DNA of 64,000 nucleotides, from the NCBI GenBank assembly GCA_023213395.1, contig CM041465.1:142855741-142919740 (forward strand), read 5' to 3'. The stretch is from Cycas panzhihuaensis (Eukaryota; Plantae; Cycadophyta). The position numbers were made by a program, and so were the translations under genes. Within the stretch, counting starts at the first letter, position 1. The number at the start of each line of letters is the position of its first letter. Under the pieces are notes generated by a model, which was given only the letters and a program-made list of their open reading frames with translations, searched no databases and was not told the DNA's origin. Positions 49,094 through 62,421 of the stretch are shown here, piece by piece.

Positions 49094-51318
49094 ATGCCAG
49101 GTTTGTCCCAGATCAATATATATCACTTCTTATAATACTCTTTTATCTAATTCTCAGATTTAATGTGTTTTCCTTAGGCTGGAAGCCTTACTATCATCAA
49201 CAATTCACACTCTTTTGAACAAGAAAATTGAGGATCAATTACTCCATTTCTATCCTCACGTACAGAACTCTATGGCATGTATCGTTCCAGTGAAACAAGG
49301 CCATTCTCAAAACAAAACTCCATCTATATAATAAAATTCTTCAACAGAATATGAGGGAATAGAGCTGACTCATTAGCTAATCTCTTTAAGGGAGATTATA
49401 GCTCAAAAAAGAGCCCTTAGGGTCTAAGACCCATCTGTTTTCTTTGCTCTACCTTTCTCCTCCTCACGGTTCACTTGCAAACCCTCTCTTAAATGTCCAG
49501 ACAAGGATAGGTGCAGGAGATGTCACCCAACCAAGACAGCAGCCTGCCAGGTCAATTTTATCTCTAAGTCATTTTCCTCCTTCCATAATCTCATTGCTAT
49601 TCAATCAACGTGATCTCCTCCTAGTCTGCACCTACTACAACAAATAAGAAGCACTTGTTAATGCCTCCATGTAATTAAACTCTACTCCAAACAAGAAGTT
49701 TCCAACATCTCTCTCTATAGTCACATAAGAAAACAGAGAGGAGAAGGCAGAAGAAGATTACTGTAAACACCTGAGGAGAAGACGCCAATGGCACCCATTG
49801 ATAAATTGAGTCATGTGGTACTAACAGAGGGCTAGCCGAAGGGTCTACCCTAGTAGAAAGAACTAGGAAGCATAAAGGAATGGCCAGTTTTTATGCAATT
49901 GAAGAGGAGACACCCTCGTGGGAAGAAAACTTGCAACCAGGCAAACAAAAGAAAAAGATAAAAAAAAAAGGGGGATTATTGTTGTGCTGCCTTGACCTGC
50001 TGCCTTTCAACCGATAGCCATGATTCTTCTTGAATTGCCCCACCTCCCTGTCTCTGTGACGCCTTCGTTCTCCATCCTCGCCTCCATCCTCACCTCGAAG
50101 ATCTGCAGTGCAAGGAGAGTGAATGCCGCTGCCATGATGGGGATTACCAGGTAGGGTTTCCTCGTCTTTACCCCCCCCCCAGACCCCAATCTTAATTCAA
50201 ATCTAATTTTGTGTTTTAATACAAATAAAACCATTGGGTCCGCACCCAATTATTATTTAATTATATTTGTTTTTTGATTTAAATTAACCCCCCCTCCCTT
50301 AAACTTTATAAAATCTTTTATTCAAATGAATCATCACCCCCCCTCCCCCCCTTTTAACTTTATAAAATTTTTTAAATTATTGATTCAAATGAATCAACAT
50401 ATTTAATACTTTGATTTAGATCAAAGTTTCTAAATTACATTTAGTATTTCAATTTAAATTAATACCCCCCTACCTTACAATGATTTAAATCATTTTGATC
50501 TTAATCAAAATAGATTTTAATCAAACTCTATTAATTTTATACTTTGATTTAAATCAAAGTTCCCCTTCCCTTAAACATTTTTTTTTTATTAAAACAAACC
50601 TTAAACACCTTTATAATACCTTTATTAAATAAATACCCCCACTTCCTTAATTATTATCCTTTTTTATTCTATTACATTCCCCCTTTTTTCCCTTCAAACA
50701 TTTTACTAAAATAAAATCCTACTCTCTTAAGTTTTCTCCTTATAAGGTATATATAAACCTTATTCCCTTATTGTTATTATCTTTCAATACATTTTAATGA
50801 CTAAATTTAACTACATTTTTAATTACTTAATCCTAGGTAAATTTAATTAATTTTTTACCATTACATTTTTTAATTTCCTTTTAACTCTTAATCTATAAGA
50901 TTTAAATTTAATCCTTAACATTATACATTTTTTTTATATAAAAAGGGAAACAAAATACCTAGTTATATTTTTTAAATCACTTACTTCGTTAAAGAAAATT
51001 GTTTAATTTTTTTTCTAAAAGGGAATTCTTATTTTTAAGGGGGATAGTTTATTTTTCTAAAGGGGATTTCTTTCCAAAAGATGACTATTTTTTTTAAAAA
51101 GAAAACTATTTTTTCAAAAATAACTGCTTAAGAAATTATTGTTTGTTTATTTCTATTTAAAAACACATGATCTTTTTATCTTAAAATTAATCAATGCAAA
51201 TTAAGATGTCTTTCTGAATTAAATCTATTAACAAGATTAGTGTTTTTTATTAGGTATTTATTTTTTCAAGTCACCTTCATAATTTTTTAATCTTCAAATA
51301 CACCTTAACGCTCCCAAT

Positions 51319-54300
51319 ATGGCATTAATGCTAAGGACAGTCACCTGCATTCCAATTCCAGTATTAACTGACTCAAACTATGCCGACTGGAGGAATCACA
51401 TATCCCATCAGCTCAAATAACAAAAAGTATGGCGATATGTGACAGGTGAATTCCAAAAACCAAAAGCAGATGCTACTGAGAGTCTTATGGTATATCTGAT
51501 GAACTCAGATGCCGCATTAGGCACCATATTAAATTCTCTCTCACCAGAAATCAGTCAACAGTTTTTTAAAAAAGATGACTTAGCCACTGTCTGGGAAACC
51601 TTGGAAGAAAAATACGACAAGGTTGATACACATCAAGTAGCTATCCTAGAAGAACAATTGTATAATCTAACTTTTGACGACTTTACAAATGTTGAGGATT
51701 TTTTAACAAAAATTCAATCAATCAATAAAGATCTAGATAACTGCATTAAATCAAAAATCAAAGAAGGTGATATAGAAAAAATAACTACGCATGTCAAAGA
51801 CGACGACACGCTCGTATATCTTGTAGTTAATAAATTACCAAAACACTTTAATCTTTACCAAGCTGCCAGACAACAAGCTGACAATCCACCTATCACATTC
51901 AATTAGCTGACAAATCAGTTGATCAAACATCAAATAACATTAATCAGAACAGGTGCAATAAAAGATCATTCACAGGCTTTGTTTTCTAAAACTAAGCCAC
52001 AATTTAAAAACAAACAACAGAATAACAACTTTCATAATAATAATAAAAATTTCAATAAACCTCATCAAGGTTCACCATCTAATTCTCGCAATAATATTAA
52101 ATATTCTGGTCCAACTAAAAACCAGAATACTTCCAATCAATTCGTTTCTAATAGAAACAATGCATCTTCTTCTCATAACACTAGTTGTGCCTACTGTCAT
52201 AAAAGAGGCCATACTATTGATGTCTGTAGAAGTAGAATAGCTTCGAAAGCATGGAAAGCTTCCAAAGGATTATAAAATAAACTGCAATCCCATTCTCAAT
52301 CCTATTTCTAATCGAACTCACAATCTCGACCATAAAACTGTCAATTTCATAATCGTTCCTTGGCAACAACAACTTTTGCATTTGTTGCTCCTTCCAACCA
52401 ACCACCATAATGGATCCTTGACTTTGGTGCATCCCATCATATGACTGGACACCAGAAAAACTTAAACACCTATCAATCCAAAACAAACCCTGAAGAAGAG
52501 ATTTCTTTCGGTAGTGGTAATCAACTCAAAGTTAAAGGATCTGGTGATGTTACCCTAAAGGATGATTCAATCAAGGACATTTTTTACGTACCTAGTTTGT
52601 TACTAAACCTCCTCTTAGTATATCAAATTTGCCAGAAAGACCTTGTTGTCAAATTCTAGAAAAATAAATTTATCATTAAAGATCCATTACACAAATTCAA
52701 ACATATTGCTTCAGGACCTGTTGATCATAATATAGGTCTCTATAGTATGACTAGTTTTTAAAATAATAAATCAGAATCATTTAGTGCTTTCATTGCCAAA
52801 TATGACTCAGTCAATAAACTTTGGCATGCGAGATTTGGCCATACTAGCTATGGCAAATTGTAATATTTAATCAAGCATGAAATGGTCCATGGTTTATCAC
52901 TATTAAACACTATTTATGGTGTTTTTGAAGCCCGTGTGACAAGTAAACAACACATGGATCCATTTCCACACAAAACTCAATACCGAGCAACTGCTCCACT
53001 AGAACTTATCCACTCTGATATATGTGGACCTTTTCATGTACCATCATACTCAGGATCTCGTTATTTTGTTACATTCATTGATAATTATTCAAGAAAATGT
53101 TGGGTTTATATGCTCAAAACATGCAGTCAAGTGTTTGACATTTTCGTTGAATATAAAACATTAGTGGAAAATCAATCCAATTCAATAATCAAAATATTCT
53201 GATATGATAATGTTAAGGAATATTTAAGTAAAAATTTTACCTCTTTCTGCAAATCACATGGAATTAAATTCCAATATTCAATTGCATACACACCTCAACA
53301 AAATGGTGTTGCTGAACGCAAAAATTGTACTCTTATTGAAATGACTCATTGCATGTTACATGCAAAGAATCTCAATCTAAAACTATGGGTAGAAGTAATT
53401 AACTACTCTAATTACTTATTAAATAATTTACCCAGTCAAAGTTTACAAAACATCACTCTAGAACAAAAATGGTCTGGAAGAAAACCATCTATCCAACACT
53501 TACGAATCTTCGGTAGTATCGCGTGGGGACATATCCCTCACAAAAAATATAAAAAGTTAGATAAAAAAAGCCAAAAATACATCTTCATTGGCTACAATGA
53601 AGAGAGTAAAGCCTATAGACTTTTAGATCCAGTCATGCATAACATTTCTATTTTGCGTGATGTAGTATTTGATGAAGAAGGCTCTACTTCAACATCTACT
53701 TATGTAGAACCTCCTGTTGAAGATTTGTTAACCAACACTTATTTGGTTGATGATTCTAATAAACAAGTTGATTTAGATATCATAGATTCTTTATCAACTC
53801 AAGTCTAAAATTGGACCCTATCGGAACTAGCTGAAATAGATCCTTCTCTTTAAGCTAGCACATCAAATCAACCTACAAACTCAGATTCAGTTACTCACAA
53901 GTAACCAATTTGGGCAACCAAAATACTTGCTGATGCTGGATCTAATGTAGGCAATCCTACTGATACTAGGCGCACACATGCGTAAAAATTTCACGCAAAT
54001 TTTACCTTACTGGCAAAAATAATGGAAAATAATGATCCCAAAACTTTTAAATAAGCCAGCAATAATCCTGTATGGCAAGATGCTATGCATCGAATTTCTT
54101 TGCCTTAATTAAAAATTCTACCTGGGATCTTGTTCCTCTTCCACCTAAAAAAAATGTAGTCGACTGTAAATGGGTTTATAGAACTAAATATAATTCAACA
54201 GGCGCAGTGGAAAAATATAAAGCTCACCTTGTTGCCAAAGGATTTTCCCAAATAGATGGAATTGACTATAATGAAACCTTTGCTCCTGTCGCAAAGATGA

Positions 54301-55577
54301 ATATAATCAAGACAATCATTACTCTTGTAGCTAAATTTGGTTGGGAAATCTACCAAATGGATGTTAAGAGTGCTTTCTTGAATGGTGATCTCAAAGAAGA
54401 GATCTACATGTCACAGCCACCTGGATTTATTAAAAATCCTAATTTAGTCTGTAAACTTAAAAAATCTATTTATGGTTTAAAACAAGCTCCTTGAGCTTGG
54501 TATACCAAAGTCGATGATTACTTAATCCACATTGGATACACTAGATGTATTAGTGATCCAAATCTTTATTTTAAACGTGAAGATGAAAATCTTACAATTC
54601 TAATCCTTTATGTTGATGACATTATTATCACTGGATCATCAACCCCTAATATTCATCATTTCAAATCAACTTTAATGAACAAATTTGAAATGACCGATTT
54701 AGGTCTACTATATTACTTTTTAGGTTTACAAATTTATCAAAATCAATCAAATATAATACTATCCCAACCTAAGTATATTCTTGATTTAATTCAGAGGTTT
54801 AACATGGAAAATGCTAAACCTGTATCCAATCCTTTACAATCAGGAGTTAAACTGACTACTGATTGTTCAACTCCATTATGTGATCCAACTCTCTATAGAC
54901 AACTCATTGGTAGTCTAATTTATCTTACACACACCTGCCCTGACATTTCTTATGCTGTTGGTTTATGCTCCAGATATATGCAACAATCATACGAATCTCA
55001 CTGGAAAGTAGCTAAATGAATCTTATGCTATCTAAAGAATACTGTGTTTTATGGTTTAACTTATAACTTTTGTAGTAAACCATTAACATTAACTAGATAT
55101 ACAGATTTCGATTGGGCAGGTAATTTAAATGATCGTAAATCTATTTTCGGTTATGTATTTTTTATTGATTCCTCACCTATTACTTTGTCAAGCAAAAAAA
55201 TGCAGGCACTGGTGTTATCAACAACTGAAGCTGAATATCGAGCATTAGTCGAAGCTAGTAAAGAAGCACTTTGGCTAAAATCACTACTAAATGAAATTAG
55301 TCTGACTCTAAACTCTTCAATTAAAATTAAAGTTGATAATCAAGGTGCAATTGCTATTGCTACTAATCCTGTTTCTCATTCTAGAACTAAACATATTGAA
55401 TTACATCAACATTTTATTCGTAATTTAGTTACTGATAATCTTGTTTGTTTGTCTTATTATCTAACAGATTTATAGATTGCTGATATTCTTACAAAGTCAT
55501 TAACTAAACCAAAGTTTTTATATCTCAAAGATTTATTACAGATAAAAGAAGTCTTCATCAAAAGGGGATCATCATGA
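51319..55577 (+). pseudogene. Element E gag-pol, disrupted by stops and a few frameshifts
   Basis: LTDSNYADW gag start, CAYCHKRGHTIDVC knuckle, WILDFGASHHM protease, LIHSDICGP integrase, QMDVKSAFLNG and YVDD (54609-54620) RT, STTEAEY...RTKHI RNase H. Confidence 0.96.
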
Positions 55578-56630
55578 TGAAGATCTTCTTTTCTCTTCAG
55601 TACAAAAGTTTATATTAAAGGGGGGTGTTAGATTATATAATGTAAACTTATGTTTTAATGTTATTATTTAAGTCACATGTCTTAAAAATTATTTAAGTGA
55701 TTCTAAAGTTATAAACTTATGTTTAGAGTTAATTGACTTATGGATGGTCGTTGAAATGCGGAACCACATTCCAACAAACCTCCATCCTATTTATTAGGTT
55801 CCTAGATTCATGGAATTAGTTCCAGGAATCTAGGAGGTTTGTCCTTATGCCTAAAACCAAGCTGTTTTAGAGGTTAGTTATTATATTATTTTTTTTATTC
55901 ATTTATTAATTCAATTTATATTAAGAGGTGGTTTTCCTTCCCTAGAAGGGGTTTTCCACCTGTCAATCCTGTGTACATGTGCATTGTTAGTTTTTTATAT
56001 TTTTCTTTTTATACCTGTGATTTAATGATTATGTGCATGTGCCTATTCCATCACATAACTTATAGGGGGTAAAAGCCTCCTTAAGGGTATATAGACAAAA
56101 ATAAGATAAACCTCTCATTTAATGAGAAAACCTATTAGGATTAACTAGAATCCTAAGATGTTGATGTGATATTATAAAAGAAGGAAAGCTAAAGGTGAGA
56201 AGCTATTAGGCTTTGATTTGAGTCCCTAGTATGGTCACTAGAAAAATGTTGATTAGGGAAATGCGATAACCTCAAGTTCCACAAAATCTAACTTGTATGC
56301 ATAGTATAAAGTTGAGATTATATAAGAGTTAATATTTTATGAGTTAAAAGCAAGACTAATTAAGGAGAAATGCTTAATTAGGTGATAGTGAAATGTATCA
56401 CCTTTATATGAAATTTTTGTCTTAGGAATTTAGAGAACCTAAAGAATAAAAGATTAACCTAAAACAAGAGGGGTTCAACCCACTATAAATAAAATGTCAA
56501 TATTAGGCTATCATGCTAATATTTTATCCATAGTAAGGTAGGAATAACCATCCTAAAGTCTCTAAGGATTCCTAGTCACTTCTTTGATCAAGGATTACTG
56601 GATGATCTTCCTTGGTTGTATAGCCTTAAC

Positions 56631-56647
56631 TCCTAATAGAATCACCA
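56631..56647 (-). promoter_or_regulatory. Putative decayed tRNA-Arg-type PBS of element T
   Basis: Minus strand reads TGGTGATTCTATTAGGA, derivable by C>T/G>A changes from the TGGCGACTC-type PBS of Tat/Ogre elements; sits next to the long repeat. Confidence 0.45.
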
Positions 56648-58778
56648 TCTCTAACCTTTGTGATGAACTCCAAGGAAAACCATAATATGCCTTAAGTAAT
56701 AATAACTAGTATAAGTGGTAATAAAATAGATCTCCTAATGGTTTCTTTAGAGAAGGCTACTTAGCTAACCACAACTTTGTGACACACTCCTAAAGAGTGA
56801 GCATAGAGTCTATCCACTTACTTTTTGGTACCCCCATAGTTGTCAAAGTTACTCAGTAGCCTAAGTTTTTATGGATAATTCATAATAGGTAAAATACATC
56901 AATGTGGCAACACCCCTACTACAAACTTATCCTAGCTAGTTGAAGGATTGGTACACTACAAGGCCCTACATTTATGGAGTGTCCTAGTCTAGTAATTTCT
57001 TGGTAAAAATAGTGAGATAAGATTTAGACTTTGTAAATACCTAATATATACCTAAGTATATGATAATAAATCAATAAAGCAAAAATACTTTTATAACAAT
57101 GCCTCACTTTAAAATCTTAGTATGATAAAAATCACAACCCAAGACGTTAAATGAATAATGCATATGGACAAAAGCAATAGCCAACATAGAGCATCTCATA
57201 AATCCTAAATTCACTATGTATTTATGTAATAAAAATAAATTATGTTATTGTTGTTTTTCTTCCATGTATATTTTTACAATTTTATTCTAGTAATGCACAC
57301 CTAAGCCCTTATTAAAGTTAGTCTGAAATCCAAATAAAAATATGCACTAGAACCTTTAATGTATCTGCGTGCTAATGCAACTAAATAAAGCAAAATTTCA
57401 CCATTAAATCTAATGTTTTTTTCTACCAATTAAAAGTAAAAACTTATTAGATGCAAATGCATCAAATTCATTCTTATCTAGTTTATTTTATCCAATAAAA
57501 TTAAGATGTGAATGCAACTAATCCTTTCATAAACTATATATACAATAATATTATTAAAACCCTTTTTATTTACCTATGTATAAGATATAAAATGTCCTAC
57601 TTGTGTCGTGCATAAGAACTATCAAGTCAGCTCAAGATAACTTTAAAATTCAATATACCTTAAAGCCAAAAATAAAATCAAGTAAATGATGACTATGAAC
57701 TCCTAATTATTTCATACCAAATCATTCTAATTCTTCATTAAAACAAATATGATTATATAAGTGTAAATGTGGATTCATAAGACTTCATTTCAAGGGACCT
57801 AAAAATCATCATTACATGTCAAAATAAAACCATCAAAGAAGTGCTTTCATGTTATCTATTTCTAAGTGATTTATGGTATTTTAAAAATCTCATAAGCCCA
57901 TCAAACTTTTGATCAAAATGTGGTATAATAGTAGATCAAGGAGATGTATGTTTAATTGATCCAAAAATACAAGGTACTAAATGTCCAAAAATAGGTTACT
58001 TAATGTCTATTAGATAAAATATTTCATTATAAGTTTAAATCTCAAAGTAAATCCATCAAAATAAGATGAATACAAATATGTTTATGCCTAAAATTAAGTG
58101 ACAATGATGTGGTAAAATGAAGTGTATTTTCTTTTAGAGATAGATTAAATTATGCATGAAAAGAAAATGAATTTGACTGACTAATTTTCTCTTTGATGTT
58201 GCATAATTTCAGACCTCTTTCAAACCTAGTTTTTATCCCCTTAAATGAATATACATTTACTACTAAAATGTAAAATATTAGGTTACTTAACATCCATCAA
58301 AAGTACATTTAAAATATAATGTTTCATAAACATTGTATAAGTTTTAAACTTTCAATGAAATTTCTCCAAGACAAGTAAATAAGATGTTCATGTATCTTGA
58401 ATTATGTGAAAACGTCATTGTTTAAAATATAGAAAATAACATATAGGAAAATATAAGAAAATTATGACTAGTTAAGTGCATGCATGTGAAGGGAAAATCA
58501 AAGAGACTCAAGCCCATGACCTATCAACTACAAGTGACTTAATGTAACCCACTAATTAACTCTCCTAAACCCATTTATCAAGATAAAAACCCAAGCATAA
58601 TATATTTACTTATTACTCCTTTAATAATAGTATGAGACTCTTTTAATCATGATCTAAATATTATTTAAATAAAGTTGTATTTTAAATAATTCATGTCATA
58701 AAATGTACACTTCCTATTGTCAAGTTTATTTATTAAATAGAATATAAGTGGTAGTGTTTGAAAGGAATGATATATCAA

Positions 58779-58880
58779 TCTCTCTCTCTCTCTCTCTATT
58801 TGCATGCACACACACACACACACACGCACACACAGACGTAGATATAGATATGTATATGTGTATGTGTATGTATGTGTGCA
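58779..58880. repeat. Compound microsatellite (TC)n-(CA)n-(TGTA)n
   Basis: Read directly. Confidence 0.92.
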
Positions 58881-59269
58881 TGTGGTACATTATTAAAATA
58901 TACCATATTAAGGGTGATAAACTCAAAGATAAAAGGAGTGAATATATATCTCAATTATTTGAAGACTATTGAATCTATATCAATGATCAAAACTTTTCTG
59001 AAAGGGTGTCTTTTATGGTTGAAAAAATAAAATGTGTAAACTAGCGCTTCGAAAACTTAAAATTATAACAATTTGAAGGATAGATGAAAAACAATCAAAG
59101 TATCAATAGTTATCTTTGAATAAGTATGTAATCAAAGGGAAATAGAGGACAGATTAATATGACTCAATGGGTGCTTCTTAACTCTTCATAAAGGAATTAC
59201 TTCAAAGATTTGAGAAAGGTACTTTTCACATATCAATCGATTGAATGGAATACTTTAAATGTCATGTCA

Positions 59270-59353
59270 TCTCTCTCTCTCTCTCTCTTTCTCTCTGTGT
59301 TTATACACACACACACACATACACATAGAGACTCTCTCTCTCTCTCTCTCTCT
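59270..59353. repeat. Compound microsatellite (TC)n-(CA)n-(TC)n
   Basis: Read directly. Confidence 0.92.
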
Positions 59354-60599
59354 GATTTAAGTTCAACTATTTTATTAAAAAAAAAGAACTTCATTTAAAA
59401 CATTTATTTATGACATTTAAAAAATGAATTGGTGAGTGTATTCCTCTCTTATATATTTATCTTGAATCAAGCCTTTATATATTTAGACTTAATTATCTTG
59501 AATACCATCACCTCTTAAGACCAAATACTGCTAAAATCACTCTAAAATTCTCTCTTTAGACTCGTCCTCATAAAATCTCTATGTAAACCAAACTAATAAC
59601 CCCAAAAACCATGACCACCCTTGGAGAGGAGCGGGGTAAGGTGGGGAGGGTGTTCATTTAGTATGTTGGGAAATGGATTAAATAATCCCCTTAATCAACC
59701 CCTAATTAAACCTAATTAAATTTTAGAAGGGGTATTATTAAGTCACAAAATTAATAAAATATAGGGGGAAAAGACTACTTAGTCCTTAAGATACTAACTT
59801 TAACCTAAGGGCTAACATAAAAAATCTAATAAATAACTCCAGCATAAACAATAATATTATCATTAGATGATAGTATGAAATCTATGGTACTATGAAGATG
59901 ATACCACTTAAGATCTAGAGAGAACTAATTGTATTAGTAGCATGGTACCATAAAATAATAGTATGAAACCTATTGTATGATCACAATAGAGATGTAGAAG
60001 CCTATTGTATTAATAATAATTAATAATTTAAGAGTAAAGTAGCAAAAAACATCCACAAACATGAAAGTAATGACTAGGACATATAAAATCTAGTAGTTGT
60101 AGATGAAAATAGATCAATAATAATGTCAAATATGTGAGGAGCCTTACTTGAGAGTAAGCAAGCAAGTGCATATGTGAGACTATGAACCTAATAAACAAAA
60201 GGAGTCTTGTATGAGGGATATTTATAGTGAAGAAAGGAGAATAAATCACCAAACTTATTTTGAAGTTAGTTTAGAGAGAATTACTTTATTTCAAGTCCTT
60301 TAATTATGAAGTTAGCCTTAATATTTATAAAATTGGAATATGGGAGATGCCATAAACTTAATAAAGGTATAACTTCCTTATATAATGTCTATTTTTAACT
60401 TATGATCATTCATTTCATATATACTCGAGGAGATCTACATAATAAACTATGTAGAATAATAAATTACTATTAATGTTAAAGTCAAAATATAAGTAGAAGT
60501 ATATGCATACAAAATGATAAAGAAATATTCATATTGACCTAAATAAATTAATTAGAGAGATATTAAATTATGATTAATCTACGTGATCACTAAGTTAGA

Positions 60600-62421
60600 T
60601 GGGTGATTAATTTATATATATTAACCTAGAGGAGAATATTCTTGTGTTAGTTTGACATGGTTATTCAAAGGAGATAAAAGAGAATATGAAACAAAGCAAA
60701 AGAAGTACACCATTATGGCTAAGTGTTAACATGGCTTCTAAAGTTGTGCCTCCATAATATATGTGGTTGTATATGAATAAATCCTTTTCCCATTATTGAT
60801 GGGATGGAGGATATAATATGCACAAGCAAACATAAGAAAATGCTTAGTCTAAATATAATCAAAGGGAAAAAAGAAACCAAATGCAAGTGATCAAATATAG
60901 CATAAGACAAAGTGCAAGTATCCTATACATACCTAATGAGTGGGGCTAAGAGATTATACGTATATTCTCAATTTAAGGGCAAGACACTCAAAAGTAGGAA
61001 AATATTTTATCCTCTTAGTAAGTGAGTTCTATCAACCTAGCATAGTAAAAAAATAAACGTTATCAATATCATGTTTTATATCTATACATATAACATTACC
61101 ATTATTTTATATCTTTTCAAGGACTAATATGAGGATGTCATAGCGAAGTTCAAATCTAAAGTATTTAGTTTTATAATTTTGTTAGTATATCAAAGGTGTT
61201 ATGTTAGTATGAGGTTTACCAAGGCATCCACTTTAGAATTCTACTCTTAAGGCATGTGAACAATAGAAGCAATATAAAACTATATAAGTAATAACCTAAC
61301 TATATGTGTGAGGATAAACAACCCTATACTAGACATAACATGACTAGTGTAATCTCAAATAATTTAAGCAACAATATAAGGACTATGATTTCTTCAACTT
61401 CTTCTATTTATATTAATGAATAATGCCATAAGAAACATAATAGTAATCCAAGACTTATATTAGAAAACTATAATTTCATGGATATGAGAATGCATAGAAA
61501 TCAACTAGTAAGGGAAATAATATAGGAGCATAAAATCGCAATGTCCTAATAAAAATCAACCTTGGGTATAACATCTAAGAATGGAAATTTTAGTCTCTCA
61601 CACCATTAGACTATAAATTATTTTTTTTATATGAATGAATTAAACCTAAGTTTCAAAAGGTGAACTTATTGGTTAAGATAAGATATGTGTGAGGTTACTT
61701 AGAGGTTAATAGTTTAACTAATAATATTATGAGACTTATAAGCTAGTTAACACTAAACTTGTTAATATTTTGATGAATGTGTGAGGGCTATATTCTTTTT
61801 CTTTGTGATTTTTTTATATATAGAAAGTTAAGTTTATAGTTGAACAAATATTGAAGCTTGAAAGTTAGTCATAGTTAAAATCATTGGCAAGTTTATTATG
61901 GGAGTGTCAAATGAGTATTACCTTCAAAGTATAAATGAGTAAAAATCAATCAACTTCAGTAGTGCCTATCAAATTACATTATATTTGATAGAATATAAAT
62001 CTCAACATAACTAAAATCATTACCTTATTAGGACAAAGTATGAGATATGTTAAGGAGTATACAAATTAGGTTATTATTCCCAACTTTAGTCTCAAGTATT
62101 GGTATGAATAATATATATAGATATGTATGAAATATATGATGATATGCATAAGTAACATGCATAATATTGTGCATGAGGCATATATAAGGGGATAATGGTC
62201 TTCAAAATACATATTGTAGAGTGTATATTTTGAGTTGAAATCTCTAAGAGTGAATGAGTGATCTTCATAGAGAGGGAATCCATGACATGATTAAGTAGCC
62301 TAAGAAAACCTCTCATGAGTGAGAAGTGTCATGTGAGTACCAAAAATATATATATGAGGGAACTTGGTTTATACTCATGGTGAAGTGAATCATAATTTAT
62401 ATTTATTATGGAGTAAGTTCA
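60600..62421 (+). mobile_element. Possible very old copia remnant with PPT and 3' LTR starting at 62048
   Basis: GYSKEIK-like trace (~60660); CAAAGTATGAGATA|TGTTAAGG resembles a CAAGTGGGAGAT-type PPT/LTR junction. Confidence 0.3.

Larger units (their letters stand above)
48449..56053 (+). mobile_element. Element E: near-complete Ty1/copia LTR retrotransposon, 7605 bp, the best-preserved element in the window
   Basis: 428-bp LTRs 48449-48876 and 55626-56053 (about 34 mismatches by eye); PBS TGGTATCAGAGC 48877-48888; PPT AAAGGGGGG 55617-55625; TSD GATAA/CATAA. Confidence 0.96.
56650..59850 (-). repeat. Long LTR-like repeat, copy 2 (probable ~3.2 kb 5' LTR of Tat/Ogre-like element T)
   Basis: Direct repeat of 22525-26748; ends ...AAACA at 59850; minus-strand TATATAAAGG at ~59472-59481; adjacent putative PBS; same strand as the gypsy gag. 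Confidence 0.72.

Noticed and set aside
50007-50249. Antisense ORF in the leader of E as an accessory protein
   Set aside because: 80 aa, non-ATG start, no motif, and no second copy to test conservation
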